Positions 23,778 through 42,500 of a stretch of DNA of 64,000 nt are shown one piece after another. A program made the position numbers and the translations under genes. Source of the DNA: Anolis carolinensis. Its lineage: Eukaryota. Numbering within the stretch: the first letter of the stretch is position 1; each line of letters begins with the position of its first letter. Under the pieces are notes generated by a model. The model was not told where the DNA came from and searched no databases. It saw only the letters and a program-made list of their open reading frames with translations. The stretch covers positions 1,054,001 through 1,118,000 of the forward strand of contig NW_026943819.1 of assembly GCF_035594765.1 (NCBI RefSeq), written 5' to 3'.

Positions 23778-25730
23778 GGAGCAAGGGCCTCTTGGCCAAC
23801 ACGATCCACCTTCTGTGCCACAGAAAGTGACTCCAGACTGGCAGATGGGAAGGATTAAAGGGCCTCAAGTCCATCATAGGGGGGCCTCAATTCCATCATG
23901 GAGAGGCCTCAATTCCATCATCGTGGGGCCTCAATTCCATCATGGAAGAACATTGAGTTCATCATCGTGGGGCCTCAAGTCCATCATGGAGGAGCCTCGG
24001 GTCCATCATGGAGGCTCAGTTGAAGACCACGGTTTCCTTGATCTCCTCGATTGCAGCCAGTTCTGTCAGGGTCCTCTTTGGGGAACCTTCCTTTCATGCC
24101 GGAGAGTAGAAGGCCATGGTTTCTGGGGGGATTGGAGGCTTTGCGCTCTGAGTTAAATGCTGCACCGGGTTCAGCTCCCTTTGCTGCCCGGCTGGGGATG
24201 CCTCCTTGAGAGCGCAAAGTCACCGGCTTGGATATTGCTTTAATGCTTTGCCCACAAACTCACTGCCGGTATCAACTCAAGACGTTGGCTGAGAAGTCAA
24301 GGAAGCCTCTTGTTCTTGGAGAAAGGGCTTCGGCTGGACATCAAATCAAGACTTTTTCATAGGAAGCTCCATTCCTGGCATCTCGGGGGACAGGGTTGAA
24401 GAAGGCTGTCCGCAGCCAGTATTTCTTCTCTCCTTTGTAATTTGGACGCGCTGTTTGTATCTAATGACATTTTAACAAAAAACAGTAGTGTGTCTTTTAA
24501 ATGCTTCACTGCCATGTTGATATGAATGAACGGGATGGCAGATGGTTGACTGGGCCGATTACGAGTTTGTGTTAATACATTCCTTTTTATAAAAAAAAAA
24601 AAAAGATATTGCGCATGGCTCTTGAGTTTCCTATCATTGGCCACACATGAACAAAAGGTGTAAATATTGCACACCCTTCGCCTGTTTAATATCCAAGGTG
24701 CTGATTTGTTTATTATGGGCAACGGATCTTTCTGTCTGGCTCAGGGTTTGGATGTGCGAAGGCCGACACCAGTTGAAGGCCATTCCCACGTCAAGCCTGT
24801 GAGACCAGTGGTTCTTCTTCGTGGTGTCTGAAATCGCACATATGGGTTCACTCAGGGGTTGGGAGTTATAGTTCACCCACATTGACAGGATTTTCTGTCT
24901 GTTTCCAGAAGAAAAGAGAAGGACAGGCGGAGAGATCTTCAGCCTTCTCTGCCAAAGGGGCTCCTCTAAGACCATCAGAAATACATTATTTTTGGCGGTT
25001 TTTGGCAACCCCTCTGATACTCCTTTGTGACCACCCCCCCCCAGGGGTCCTGACCCCCAGGTAGAGACAAAAAGGTTCTGGATGGGAATGGCCTCTGCAA
25101 GGGCTGGTGAGCGGCAGAACTGGAGCCTAATGTGCACCCCCCCCCTCTCTCTCTTGAGCTCTCTCTGCCCCTCAACATCTGGACTCTGCTTTCCTTCCTT
25201 TCTCCTTCCCACCTTCTTTCCTCCCTCCCTCACTTTATTTCTCCCTTTCCTTTTAGGGGCTGTGCAATGTGGACGGAACGGGTGCTTGGTTTTGTCATTT
25301 GTACAAATAGGATGTGATTGCGGGTGGCATTGAATTCCAGATGTCCAACGACAATAAAGCTGATCTATTCTCCTTCCTTTCCCTTCTCTCCTTCCCTTCT
25401 TCCCTTGCCCTACTCTTTCCTTCCTTCCTTCCATCTATTTCCTTCTCCCCCCCTTCCTTCCTTCCTTCCTTCCTTCTCTCCTTCCTTCCTTCCATCCATC
25501 CATCCTGTCCTCCTTTTGTTTGTTCATTCCTTCTCTCTCCCTCCCTTCCTTCCTTCCTTCCTCCCTTCCTTCCTTTTCTCCTTTCTCCTACAAGACCCCC
25601 AGACTCTTAGTATGACCCTTTTGTTGGAATCCTTTCCCAGGTCTTGTGGCAGGACATTTGGACCCAGGACAAAACCCAAAACCCAGGCCAAGCCTGTTAG
25701 GCGAAGAAAAGGGTCTGGGTGGGAACGGCG

Positions 25731-25795
25731 TCTGCAAAGTCTGGTGAGCATAGAATCCTAGATCCTATGGTTCTATGCTCACCAGCCTTTGCAGA
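25731..25795. repeat. Near-perfect 25-bp inverted repeat (65-nt hairpin)
   Basis: tctgcaaag-t-ctggtgagcatagaa [15 nt] ttctatgctcaccag-c-ctttgcaga; one mismatch. Confidence 0.85.
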
Positions 25796-25915
25796 GCAGC
25801 ACAAAGGGAGCCTTGCAGGGAGCGGTCCCAGTGCGCACTCTCTCAGCCTTGCGCTGCGTCCGAAGGGATGAAGTCAGGCCCAAAGCCTCCTCTTTGCGGC
25901 TCCACATCTGGGCTC

Positions 25916-26159
25916 GGTCCTGCCTAAAAAAGGACCGTCTCCTGGGGCCAGAAGCCTCCGCTCTGAGTCAGAGGCATGCGGGGAATGTCCTCCATCGCGC
26001 CCTTTTGGAGTCTTTCCCCAAATATGGAGCCCTTCGCGGAGGGGAGGGAGGGGGCCGCCCACCAACAGCCTTTTAACCCCCGGACAGGCTCCCCGGGCTC
26101 AGTCGCCTCGCCCAGCCTCGTCCTCCGTCCTCCATCCGTTGGCTGACCGGCAAGACATT
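25916..26159 (+). promoter_or_regulatory. TAGLN (SM22) smooth-muscle promoter and non-coding exon 1
   Basis: CArG CCAAATATGG 26018-26027 in context TCTTTCCCCAAATATGGAGCC (recalled SM22 CArG-near); degenerate CArG CTAAAAAAGG 25924-25933; AP-1 TGAGTCA 25964-25970; TEAD GGAATG 25982-25987; TTTTAA 26071-26076; donor GTGAGT at 26160. Confidence 0.85.
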
Positions 26160-26409
26160 GTGAGTCCTGGCACGTCTGGGGGGGGGAGGGGGTGATGGCC
26201 AAGGCGGGTGGCACGGGGCAGTGCATGATACCTGCTTGACAGGTCTGTTGGGATATGGGTCTAGTATTATCATCCCAATGATAATGCAGATGTTGCCTTT
26301 CAGCATGCGCAGACCAACTTTGGCCTGGCGGGTGTTTTGGACTTCAACTCCCACCATCCCTAACAGCTGGAAGGCATGGTGGGAGTTGGAGTCCAAAACA
26401 CCTGGGATT

Positions 26410-26461
<52 letters not shown>

Positions 26462-27123
26462 GGGTTGCTGTATGTTTTCCGGGCTGTATGGCTATGTTCC
26501 AGAAATATTCTCTCGTTCGACTTGTGATTTTGTGATATGAAATCCAGCATATCTATCTTGTTTGCTGTGTCATAATAATGATAATAATAATGGGGTTGTA
26601 TGTTTTCCGGGCTGTAATGCCATGTTCCAGAAGTATTCTCTCCTGACGTTTCGCCCACATCTATGGCAGGCATATAATAATAATAATACTAATAATAATA
26701 ATAGTTTGAGGAGGCTAAGTGGCTGCCCGAGAACAACTGCCCAGCTCTTGTCTGTCCAGTGTCTGCAAACAGTTTATGGGCTAGCAAAGCATCAGTTGGT
26801 GTTGTTGACGACCATCAAGCCCACTTCAGATGAAGGGCACTGAGTGAGCGAGAGACTCCAAGAGATCCCATCATCCACAGCATTCTCCCTCTTGCCAAGC
26901 GCGAGTGCATGTCCCATCCAGCCGTGCCTTCTCATGGCTTGGCCAAACGGCAGCCACCTCAGTTGAGTCATCTTCCGTTTCTTGTTTATTACGCGGAGAG
27001 CCATGGTTGTGCAACCTGGAAACTTTCCATTTGTAGGAGGAAAAGGATAGGTAGGTAGGTAGGTAGATAGGAGGATTAGGTAGGTAGGTTGATAGAAGAT
27101 GGCTGGAAAGGTAAATAGAACAG

Positions 27124-27186
<63 letters not shown>

Positions 27187-27414
27187 GGTAGGTAGATATG
27201 GCCGCACCTAGATTAGATTGCAGGCTGTGAGGCATCGTGAGAGTCGGAGTCCAAAACACCTAGAGGACCGAAATTGGCCCACGCCTGGATTAGATTGTAG
27301 ACTGTCAGGCATTGTGGGAATTGGAGTCCAAAACCAGGAGTCTCCTTGTGGATGGTATAAATCAACAACAATAATAATAGTCTGGGGAGGCTGCCCGACA
27401 ACAACTGCTAGGCT

Positions 27415-27597
27415 GTCGTCGAAGGCTTTTGTGGCCGGGATTACAGGGTTGTAATCAGAACCCTGTAATCACAATCTCAGGGTTGTAATCACAATTACCT
27501 CACAACCTCCGAGGATGCCTGCCATAGATGTGGGTGAAATGTCAGGAGAGAATACTTCTGGAACATGACCATACAGCCCGGAAAACATACAACAAAC
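27415..27597 (+). mobile_element. Penelope terminal-repeat fragment with a mutated hammerhead motif (a truncated copy lies on - at ~26592-26673)
   Basis: cctCCGAGGAtgcctgccatagatgtgggtGAAATGTCagg, homologous to 49287-49327. Confidence 0.7.
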
Positions 27598-27629
27598 TGC
27601 TGGGCTCTTTGCAACCCCTCGATCTCTCT

Positions 27630-28005
27630 ACTTACTTACTTGCTTACTTAGGCAATCCCTCGTAGTTCAAGGATGATGGTCCTCCATCCTTGGTGTCTTG
27701 GGGATGGATCCGTAGATGGCTGAAGAGACCCATTCTTGATCCGCACGTTCTCCCTTCCGCAGTGAGGACAACGGTTTCCAGGTGGAAGGCGGTCCCGGTC
27801 AGGGTTGGCTTGAGGCATGTTTCTCCCTCTCGCCCTCCATTCGTGCCTCTTCGAACTCCGCAGCACTGCTGGTCACAGCTGACCTCCCATTAGAGCGCTC
27901 AAGGGCTTCCCAGTTCTCGGCTTCTATGCCACAGTTCTTAAGGTTGGCTTTGAGCTCATCTTTCCATCTCTTTTCCTGCCCACCAACATGACGTTTCCCG
28001 TTCTT
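27630..28005 (-). mobile_element. RTE-clade LINE 3' fragment
   Basis: GKRHVGGQEKRWKDELKANLK...CPHCGR; (TAAG)n tail. Confidence 0.8.
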
Positions 28006-28225
28006 GATCTCTCTACCGGACCCTTGAAACCTACGTCATGGGATGAACACAGTGGGTTGCCTGCCGTTTGTTAAGAGTTTGGCTCAATAGGATTCAATGC
28101 CAGTGAGGAAGTGCCAGGTCTTCCAAACGCTTGGCCTGTTTAGCTGGATGGAGTGATGCCAGTCCCTTGGCCTTCCTTTGCAGGTCTCCTTCCTCCGTCC
28201 TCCTCCTCCTCCTCCTCCGCTGACC

Positions 28226-34354
<6,129 letters not shown>

Positions 34355-34467
34355 GGCCGCCTCCGGACCCCCGCAAGACCCCCAACACACCCCGACAACC
34401 TCCTTCCATCCATCCTTTCCTTCCTTTGCAATCCCTGCTTGGCTGCAAAAAGCACCCTCGCTCCCAT

Positions 34468-35237
34468 TAGCCATGTGCAAAAAAATATGATTCAAAACTC
34501 ATTACAACATTTCGTTCCCAAAACGTTCCTGGCGAAAATTTCGTTCCGAAATTGGTTTTGTGCATGCTCTTGGGGAAGCTTCCCGAGCTCCTTTCGTTTT
34601 TGCAGATATAGAGGAGAAATTTGCTATGTTTATAGAATATGTTCCCCGCTGTTAGCATGCCAAGTTTTGGAGCATTTCACCCATGCATGGATTTATGGGG
34701 AATTTTTACCATGTTTTTCGTTCCGAAATTCATTTCATGCATGCTTGTGGGGAAGATTCCGGGGTTTTTTCTCCCTCGTTTTCGCAGCGATCAGGGCGAA
34801 ATTTGCTATGTTTATAGAATATGTTCCCCACTGTTATCAGGCCAAGTTTCGGAGCGTTTCACCCATGCATGTATTTTTGGGGAATTTTTACAATGTTTTT
34901 TGTTCCGAAATTCATTTCGTGCATGCATGTGGGGAAGCTTCCCGAGCTCTTCTCCCTCATTTTCGGAGATATTGGGGCGAAATTTGCTATGTTTATAGAA
35001 TATGTTCCCCGCTGTTAACATGCCAAGTTTCGGAGCGTTTCACCCATGCATGGATTTTTGGGGAATTTTCACCATATTTTTACAAAACATATATTTTTTT
35101 AAAAAGCACAAGAGCAATCGCCTCGGGTTTCGTAGGCTATGACCCTAGATAACAGGGGATCATTCCTGCCAAGTTTCGGAAAAATACACACAACTATTGA
35201 TTTTTTGGGAATTTTAAAATTCTTTTGCATGGGCCAA
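34468..35237. repeat. ~181-bp tandem repeat (3 copies) inside a possible TIR element in the TAGLN 3' UTR
   Basis: aaatttgctatgtttatagaatatgttcccc at ~34617, 34798 and 34980; imperfect inverted ends tagccatgtgcaaaa/ttttgcatgggccaa. Confidence 0.65.
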
Positions 35238-35385
35238 CTTGGGTGCTTCATCCGAAAAGGAAGGCCCAAGTTGGCCCATGCCTGCTGTAAACAATGGAGA
35301 GGAATTATATCCCCTTCTCTTCCCCTCTGTTTTGTATTTCATCGTCGTCGTCCATCGATTAAAAACAAAATATACGACATTTTAA

Positions 35386-35415
35386 AATAAAAAAAAGCTT
35401 TCTTGGTCTTTTATT
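35386..35415. terminator. Convergent polyadenylation signals of TAGLN (+) and PCSK7 (-)
   Basis: AATAAA on + at 35386-35391 (ATTAAA at 35358-35363); AATAAA on - at 35410-35415. Confidence 0.65.
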
Positions 35416-35811
35416 TGGAGCCTCCGTCCCCATTTCCCCAAGTCCGGAAAGCTGGGAAAATAGACACAACAAGGCCGATGACACGCAACACAAGGAGCGG
35501 GATCCAAAGGCACCTTTGGTCAGCGTGGGTTTAGTTTTGGAAAGATGCAAAAGAAACAGGTCCCGGCTGTCGACGTTGTTGTTTTTCCAACAAAAATGGT
35601 AATCAAAACAATAATAATCACAAGAATAACAACCTTGGCTTTGGTGGTAAGGAGGTCATTCTCTCCAATGACCAAAAGCATCTATCGGCAGAGGATAGAG
35701 GAGAGAGCAAGTGTTGGCTTGGGGATGCCAGGATGGACAAACGGCTGGACAAATGGCCAGACGTCCATGCAAAAAGGCAGCCCAGTGAATGCTGGCACTG
35801 ACCGCCATCAT

Positions 35812-36345
35812 CCCATTGCAAAGCCAATGCAAAGCCATTGCTAGACCATTGCAAGGCCATTGCAAAGACACTGCAAGGCCATTACAAACCATTGCAAGGC
35901 TATTGCAAGGCTATTGCAAAGCCATTGCTAGACCATTGCAAGGCCATTGCAAAGACACTGCAAGGCCATTACAAACCATTGCAAGGCTATTGCAAGGCTA
36001 TTGCAAAGCCATTGCAAAGCCATTGCTAGACCATTGCAAGGCCATTGCAAGGCCACTGCAAAGACACTGCAAGGCCATTGCAAACCATTGCAAGGCTATT
36101 GCAAGGCCACTGCAAAGACACTGCAAGACCATTGCAAAGCCATTGCAAGCGATTGCAAACCATTGCAAAGCCATTGCTAGACTATTGCAAGGCCATTGCA
36201 AGGTCACTGCAAGGCCATTGCAAGGCTACTGCAAGTTCACTGCAAAGCCACTGCAAGGCCATTGCAAGGCTATTGCAAAGCCATTGCTAGATCATTGCTA
36301 GATCATTGCAAGGCCACTGCAAGGCCATTGCAAAGCCATTTCAAG
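35812..36345. repeat. 11-bp minisatellite (ccattgcaagg)n in the putative PCSK7 3' UTR
   Basis: Dozens of degenerate 11-mers; a separate longer-period duplication follows at ~36450-37030. Confidence 0.9.
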
Positions 36346-37393
36346 GGCAGCAAAGCAATGAGGGAGAGAAGCTGCAACCGAAAGGCCACCGAAAGCAAAG
36401 GCAGAGAATAAACAGAGATTCCGCACCCAAAGGCTTTGAGCCACAAATGTCAACAAGTCCAGGGTTCAAAGCACAGGTCGGGTGTCCAAGCGTAGTCCAA
36501 GGCCCAGCGCACAAGTCCAGTATCCGAAAGCATTGTGCAAAAGTTCAAGGACATCCAGGATTCATGGCTGTCGCACCAAACGATGGTTGCGTCCAGCAGT
36601 GAGGTGTTCCAAACACCGGCCTTTTGACACCAGAGGCAGTTCAGTAAACACAAGCGAGCCAATTCCAAGTGGTCTAAATGCACCAACGTTTACCACAAGT
36701 CCAGGTCCGAGATCCAAGGTGCAATCCAGGGTTCGAGTGTCCAAGCGTAGTCCAAGGCCCAACAGACAAATCCAGTATCCGCAAACGCTGTGCAAATGTG
36801 CAAGGGCATTCAGGACACACCGTTGTTGCAGCAATTCCAGTGTCCATTCCAAGAGGTCTAAATACACAAGTCCGGGTCCAAGATCCAAGGCGCAGCCCAG
36901 GGTTCAAAGCACAGGTCTGGTGTCCAAAAGTAGTCCAAGGTCCAGCATCCGAAAGTGCCGTGCAAAGGTGCAAGGGTATCCAGGATGCACGGCTGGCGCG
37001 GTGAAGTGTTCCAAACACCGGCCTTTTACGCAGCTGCACTTTCCTTCTTCCAGCCAATCGATTAGACTGACACATGGCCCACGCTGTTCTTCCTCCTCCG
37101 CAGGTTCCCACTCAGGTGTTTCCGTACCTGAACGGTCCTGCTCCTGCTCAGCAGTTGTAGCCAGGCTGCTCGGACTCTGCTCATCCGGCCTCAGCAAAGA
37201 TCTGCAAACGCAAGGGCTTCCCAGCCAGTTAAGGCAAAGGGCCAGAAAGTGTGTGCGTTGTGCAATACAGCGTAACGTAGCACAACAGTGCGCCACGCTT
37301 TGGTGAGGCCGACCCCAGGGCCAAGCCCAGTGCCCTTTGGGCCTTGCTGTTGTCCCAGTTGGCACACGTGGTCGGACGGAGGAGAGGCCACGG

Positions 37394-38729
37394 TCAGCAG
37401 GCCTGGAGGTCTCGCTCGGCGGCGTCCACGGGTCCGGGGGGGTCCTGGCCCCGCTCTCCCTCCTCGTGGCCCCCCAGCAGGCAGCGCGCCTCCTCGGCGT
37501 CCCCGGCCTCCGTCCCCCGGCACAAGGGCACCCCCTCCTCCATCTCCGTCTCGTCCCGTCCCTCCGGGGCCCAGCGGCAGACAGCGGCCCCCCCGCAAGG
37601 ACCCCGCTCCCGGACCCCCGGCCGTGGGCGCGACAGGAAGGCCTCCAGCAGGTAGTAGGCGGTCCAGAAGACGGAGAAGCAGCCCAGAAGCATCAGCGTC
37701 TGCAGGGAAAGGCATGGGAAACCCACATTCATTATCATGCATTACACTCTGCAACACAAATTTGTGATCCTGGGTCATAGACGTCATTTCCTATACAGTA
37801 GTATTCGTATATTATTATACTAATACTATTATATTATTATAATACATTACACATTATCTTATATTATTATACTATTATTATAATATATTGCACATTATAT
37901 TATTATACTATTATATTATATTATATTATATTACAGTACTATTATATTATGATACTAAATTACACTTCATATTATGTTATTATATTATACCTTATATTAT
38001 ATTCTTATACTATTATATTACTATATTATCATTACACTATGCAACACGTTTTGCTCCTGGGTTATAGGCGTTATTTCCTAATTGGATCTCTCACAAAGAC
38101 ACAGGGAAAGTGGATTCAACTGCAAAAGCATTGCACGGTGTCCCAGGTCCCACCCGTGACTCTCCCAGCCCCTCCCCGCCCGCCTCCCCGTATCTCACCT
38201 TGAGGGTGTTGGTGGAGGTGGAGAAGCCCTCCTGGTCTGGGATGCGCAGGCCCGGGGGGCACGGCCAGGCCGAGGGGCGATCCAGCTCCCATCCGCTCAT
38301 GGCCTCCTCCAGGCGCCTGCAGAGACAGAATTGATCAGGCATTTCCTTCCTTCCTTCCTTCCTTCCTTCCTTCCTTCCTTCCTTCCTTCCTTCCTTCCTT
38401 CCTTTCCTCCTGTCCCCTCCCGTCCCATCCATCTCACTGGGGGCCCAATGGCGGGGCCACCCTCCCTGAGCCCGGGGCCACCCTCCCTCCCTACCTCCCT
38501 CCTCACCTCTGCCTCTCCCGGATCTCTCCGGGGCCCCAGGCGGAACCGTAGAGCGTCAGCTGCCATTGCTTCAACACGCCGGGCTTTGGGGCCTCGTCCC
38601 CTGCAAAGGAGGAAGCGGGCGAGAGAAATAACCCCCCATCACCACCACCACTATCTAGGGCTGTGACAGTGGGCTTTCCTCCATAACAACAGCGACATAG
38701 GGCTGTGACAGTGGGCTTTCCTCCATCAT

Positions 38730-38760
<31 letters not shown>

Positions 38761-39505
38761 TAGGGCTGTGACAGTTGAGTTACCATCACCACCACTACTA
38801 TATAGGGCTGTGACAGTGGACTTTCCTCCATAACAACAACAACAAAAACAACAATATAAGGCTGTGACAGTTGAGTGAACACCACCGTCACCCTACATAG
38901 GGCTGTGACAGTGGGCTTTCCTCCATAATAATAATAACAACTACATGAACAACAACATAGGGTTGAGACAGTTGGGCTTCCACCACCACCATATAGGGCT
39001 GTGACAGTGGGCATTCCTCCATAAGAAGAACAACAACAACAACAACAACATCAACAACTTAGGGCTGTGACAGTTGGGTTATTATCACCACCACCACCAT
39101 ACAGGGCTGTGACAATGGGCTTTCCTCCATAATAATAATAACAACAACATAGGGCTGTGACAGAGGGCATTCCTCCATAAGAAGAAGAAGAACAACAACA
39201 ACATCAACAACATAGGGCTGTGACAGTTGGGTTACCACCACCACCACCATCATATAGGGCTGTGACAGTGGGCATTCCTCCATAACAACAACAATGGGCT
39301 GTGACAGTGGGCATTCCTCCATAACAACAACATAGGGCTGTGACAGTGGGCATTCCTCCATAAGAACAACAACAACAACAACAACTTAGGGCTGTGACAG
39401 TTGGGTTACCATCACCACCACCACCATACAGGACTGTGACAGTGGGCTTTCCTCCATAATAATAACAACAACATAGGGCTGTGACAGTGGGCATTCCTCC
39501 ATAAG

Positions 39506-39542
<37 letters not shown>

Positions 39543-42500
39543 TAGGGTTGAGACAGTTGGGTTACCACCACCACCACCACCATACAGGGCTGTGACAATG
39601 GGCTTTCCTCCATAATAATAATAACAACAACATAGGGCTGTGACAGTGGGCATTCCTCCATAAGAAGAAGAACAACAACAACAACATCAACAACATAGGG
39701 CTGTGACAGTTGGGTTACCACCACCACCACCACCATATAGGGCTGTGACAATGGGCATTCCTCCATAACAACAACAATGGGCTGTGACAGTGGGCTTTCC
39801 ACCACCATCACCACCAAGAGGAGAGGAAGCGAGTGCCACTCACCCACATCGTGGACCCAGAGCCGGTAGGTGCCTTGGGCCTCCTCCCCCCAGCAGCGCA
39901 CCGTGGAGAAGGTCCAGTCCACAAAGCCCACGGGGTCCCTGCAGCCAAGACATAAGAGTTTGGGGAGGGGGACATCGGGGAAGCCTTAGCACGGGGCCGG
40001 CCCCAAGGGGAGACTTTCTGGTTCAAGTGGGAATGGGTGGAGGGTGCCTGTGCCGGACGCTTGCCCACTCACGAGTCCATGCTGCGGGGCGTGCCGACCA
40101 GGGAGGTCATGCCGCTGGGGCAGGCCAGCCGGACGTCCAGGTTGCCCCTCCGCGGGTGGGCGATGGTCAGCGTGACGGCCACGTGCTCCAGCGTCCGCAT
40201 GCCGGACAGGGACAGGTCCGCTTCCGTCACTGCGCAAACAAGGGAGCAAGAGGCCTGAGTGACCGCTATTCCACTCCGGCCAGCCTCGGCCCTCCCTGCA
40301 GCCGGTTCGGACTTGCGTTTTCATAAACTGCAAAAGCTTTCTCTGCAGAACATTATAGTATATTATCATGCTACTATATTATTATACTATTGCTATAGTA
40401 TTATATTATTATACCATTATATTGTTATTGTATTGCATTATAATATCACACTACTATATTTTTATACATTATACTATTGTATTACTATATAATTATACCT
40501 TTCATATTGCTATAGTATTACTGTATGTTATCATGCTACTATATTATTATATTATACTATTATATTATAATATTATTATACCATTATATTGTTATTGTAT
40601 TGCATTATAATATCATACTACTATATTTTTATAATATATTACACATTATACTATTGTATTACTATATAATTATACCTTTCATATTGCTATAGTATTACTG
40701 TATATTATAATGCTACTATATTATTATATTATACTATTATATTATAATATTATTATACCATTATATTGTTATTGTATTGCATTATAATATCATACTACTA
40801 TATTTTTATAATATATTACACATTATACTATTGTATTACTATATAATTATTATACCTTTCATATTGCTATAGTATTACTGTATATTATCACGCTACTATA
40901 TTATTATGTTATTATATTATACTATTATATTATAATATTGTTATACCATTATATTGTTATTGTATTGCATTATAATATCATACTACTATATTTTTATAAT
41001 ATATTACACATTATACTATTGTATTACTATATAATTATTATACCTTTCATATTGCTATAGTATTACTGTATATTATCATGCTACTATATTATTATATTAT
41101 TATATTATACTATTATATTATAATATTATTATACCATTATATTGTTATTGTATTGCATTATAATATCATACTACTATATTTTTATAATATATATATATAT
41201 TTATTTATTTACAGCATTTATATTCCGCCCTTCTTTCTCACCCCGAAGGGGACTCAGGGCGGATCACATTACACATATAGGCAAACATTCAGTGCCTTTT
41301 TAACATAGAACAAAGACAAGACAAACATAGGCTCCGAGCGGGCCTCGAACTCATGACCTCCTGGTCAGAGTGATTCATTGCAGCTGGTTGCAGCTGGCTT
41401 GCTCTCCCACCTGCGCCACAGCCCGGGCCCATTATAATATCATACTACTATATTTTTTATAATATATTACACATTATACTATTATATTACTATATAATTA
41501 TTATACCTTTCATATTGCTATAGTATTACTGTATATTATCATGCTACGATATTATTATACTATTATATTATTATATTATACTATTACATTATAATATAAT
41601 GATACCTTTTATATTGCTATAGTATTATATTATTAAACCATTATATTATTATTGTATTGCATTATAATATCACACTATTGGCGATGAGAGCGAAAGGGTT
41701 GCACCGGCACCCAAGGCAAACTGGCCCTGGCGTGTATTTCCCAGCCTACTGGTTTTATGGCTTTTTTCCAGCTGCAAAGAGGAGGAAAGGAAGAAAGGAG
41801 CGAAAGAATGCAAGCCTTTTAGGGGAAGAAAGAGAGGCAAAGCCCTCCTGGGAGGCAGCCAGGCCTTGTGGAGTCTTGCCGGGAATCCAGCAAAGGAGCC
41901 CGGCCTTCAGGCGGAAACTCTCAGGATATAAATGAAGATACATATATATATATACCATATATACTCGAGTATAAGCCAACCCGAATATAAGCCAAGGCAC
42001 CTAATTTTACCACAAAAAAACTGGGAAAACATTGACTCCAGTATAAGCCGAAAGTGGTAAATTTCAGAAATAAAATGACATTAATTGAAGCATCAGTAGG
42101 TTAAATGTTTTTGAATATTTACATCAAGCTGTAATTTAAGATAAGACTGTCCAACTCTGATCAAATCATTATTCTCATCTTCTTCAATGTNNNNNNNNNN
42201 NNNNNNNNNNNNNNNNNNNNNNNNNNNNNNNNNNNNNNNNNNNNNNNNNNNNNNNNNNNNNNNNNNNNNNNNNNNNNNNNNNNNNNNNNNNNNNNNNNNN
42301 NNNNNNNNNNNNNNNNNNNNNNNNNNNNNNNNNNNNNNNNNNNNNNNNNNNNNNNNNNNNNNNNNNNNNNNNNNNNNNNNNNNNNNNNNNNNNNNNNNNN
42401 NNNNNNNNNNNNNNNNNNNNNNNNNNNNNNNNNNNNNNNNNNNNNNNNNNNNNNNNNNNNNNNNNNNNNNNNNNNNNNNNNNNNNNNNNNNNNNNNNNNN

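Noticed and set aside
24574-24604. Possible processed-pseudogene poly(A) tail
   Set aside because: No TSD or upstream retrocopy ORF is recognisable; treated as a simple genomic A-run
35789-36411. Cys/His-rich repetitive ORFs resembling a metal-binding protein
   Set aside because: Translations of the 11-bp minisatellite, open in several frames, with no splice or promoter support
38507-38600. Suspected frameshift in the PCSK7 exon missed by the ORF track
   Set aside because: Manual translation [32 protein letters not shown] is intact with correct phases
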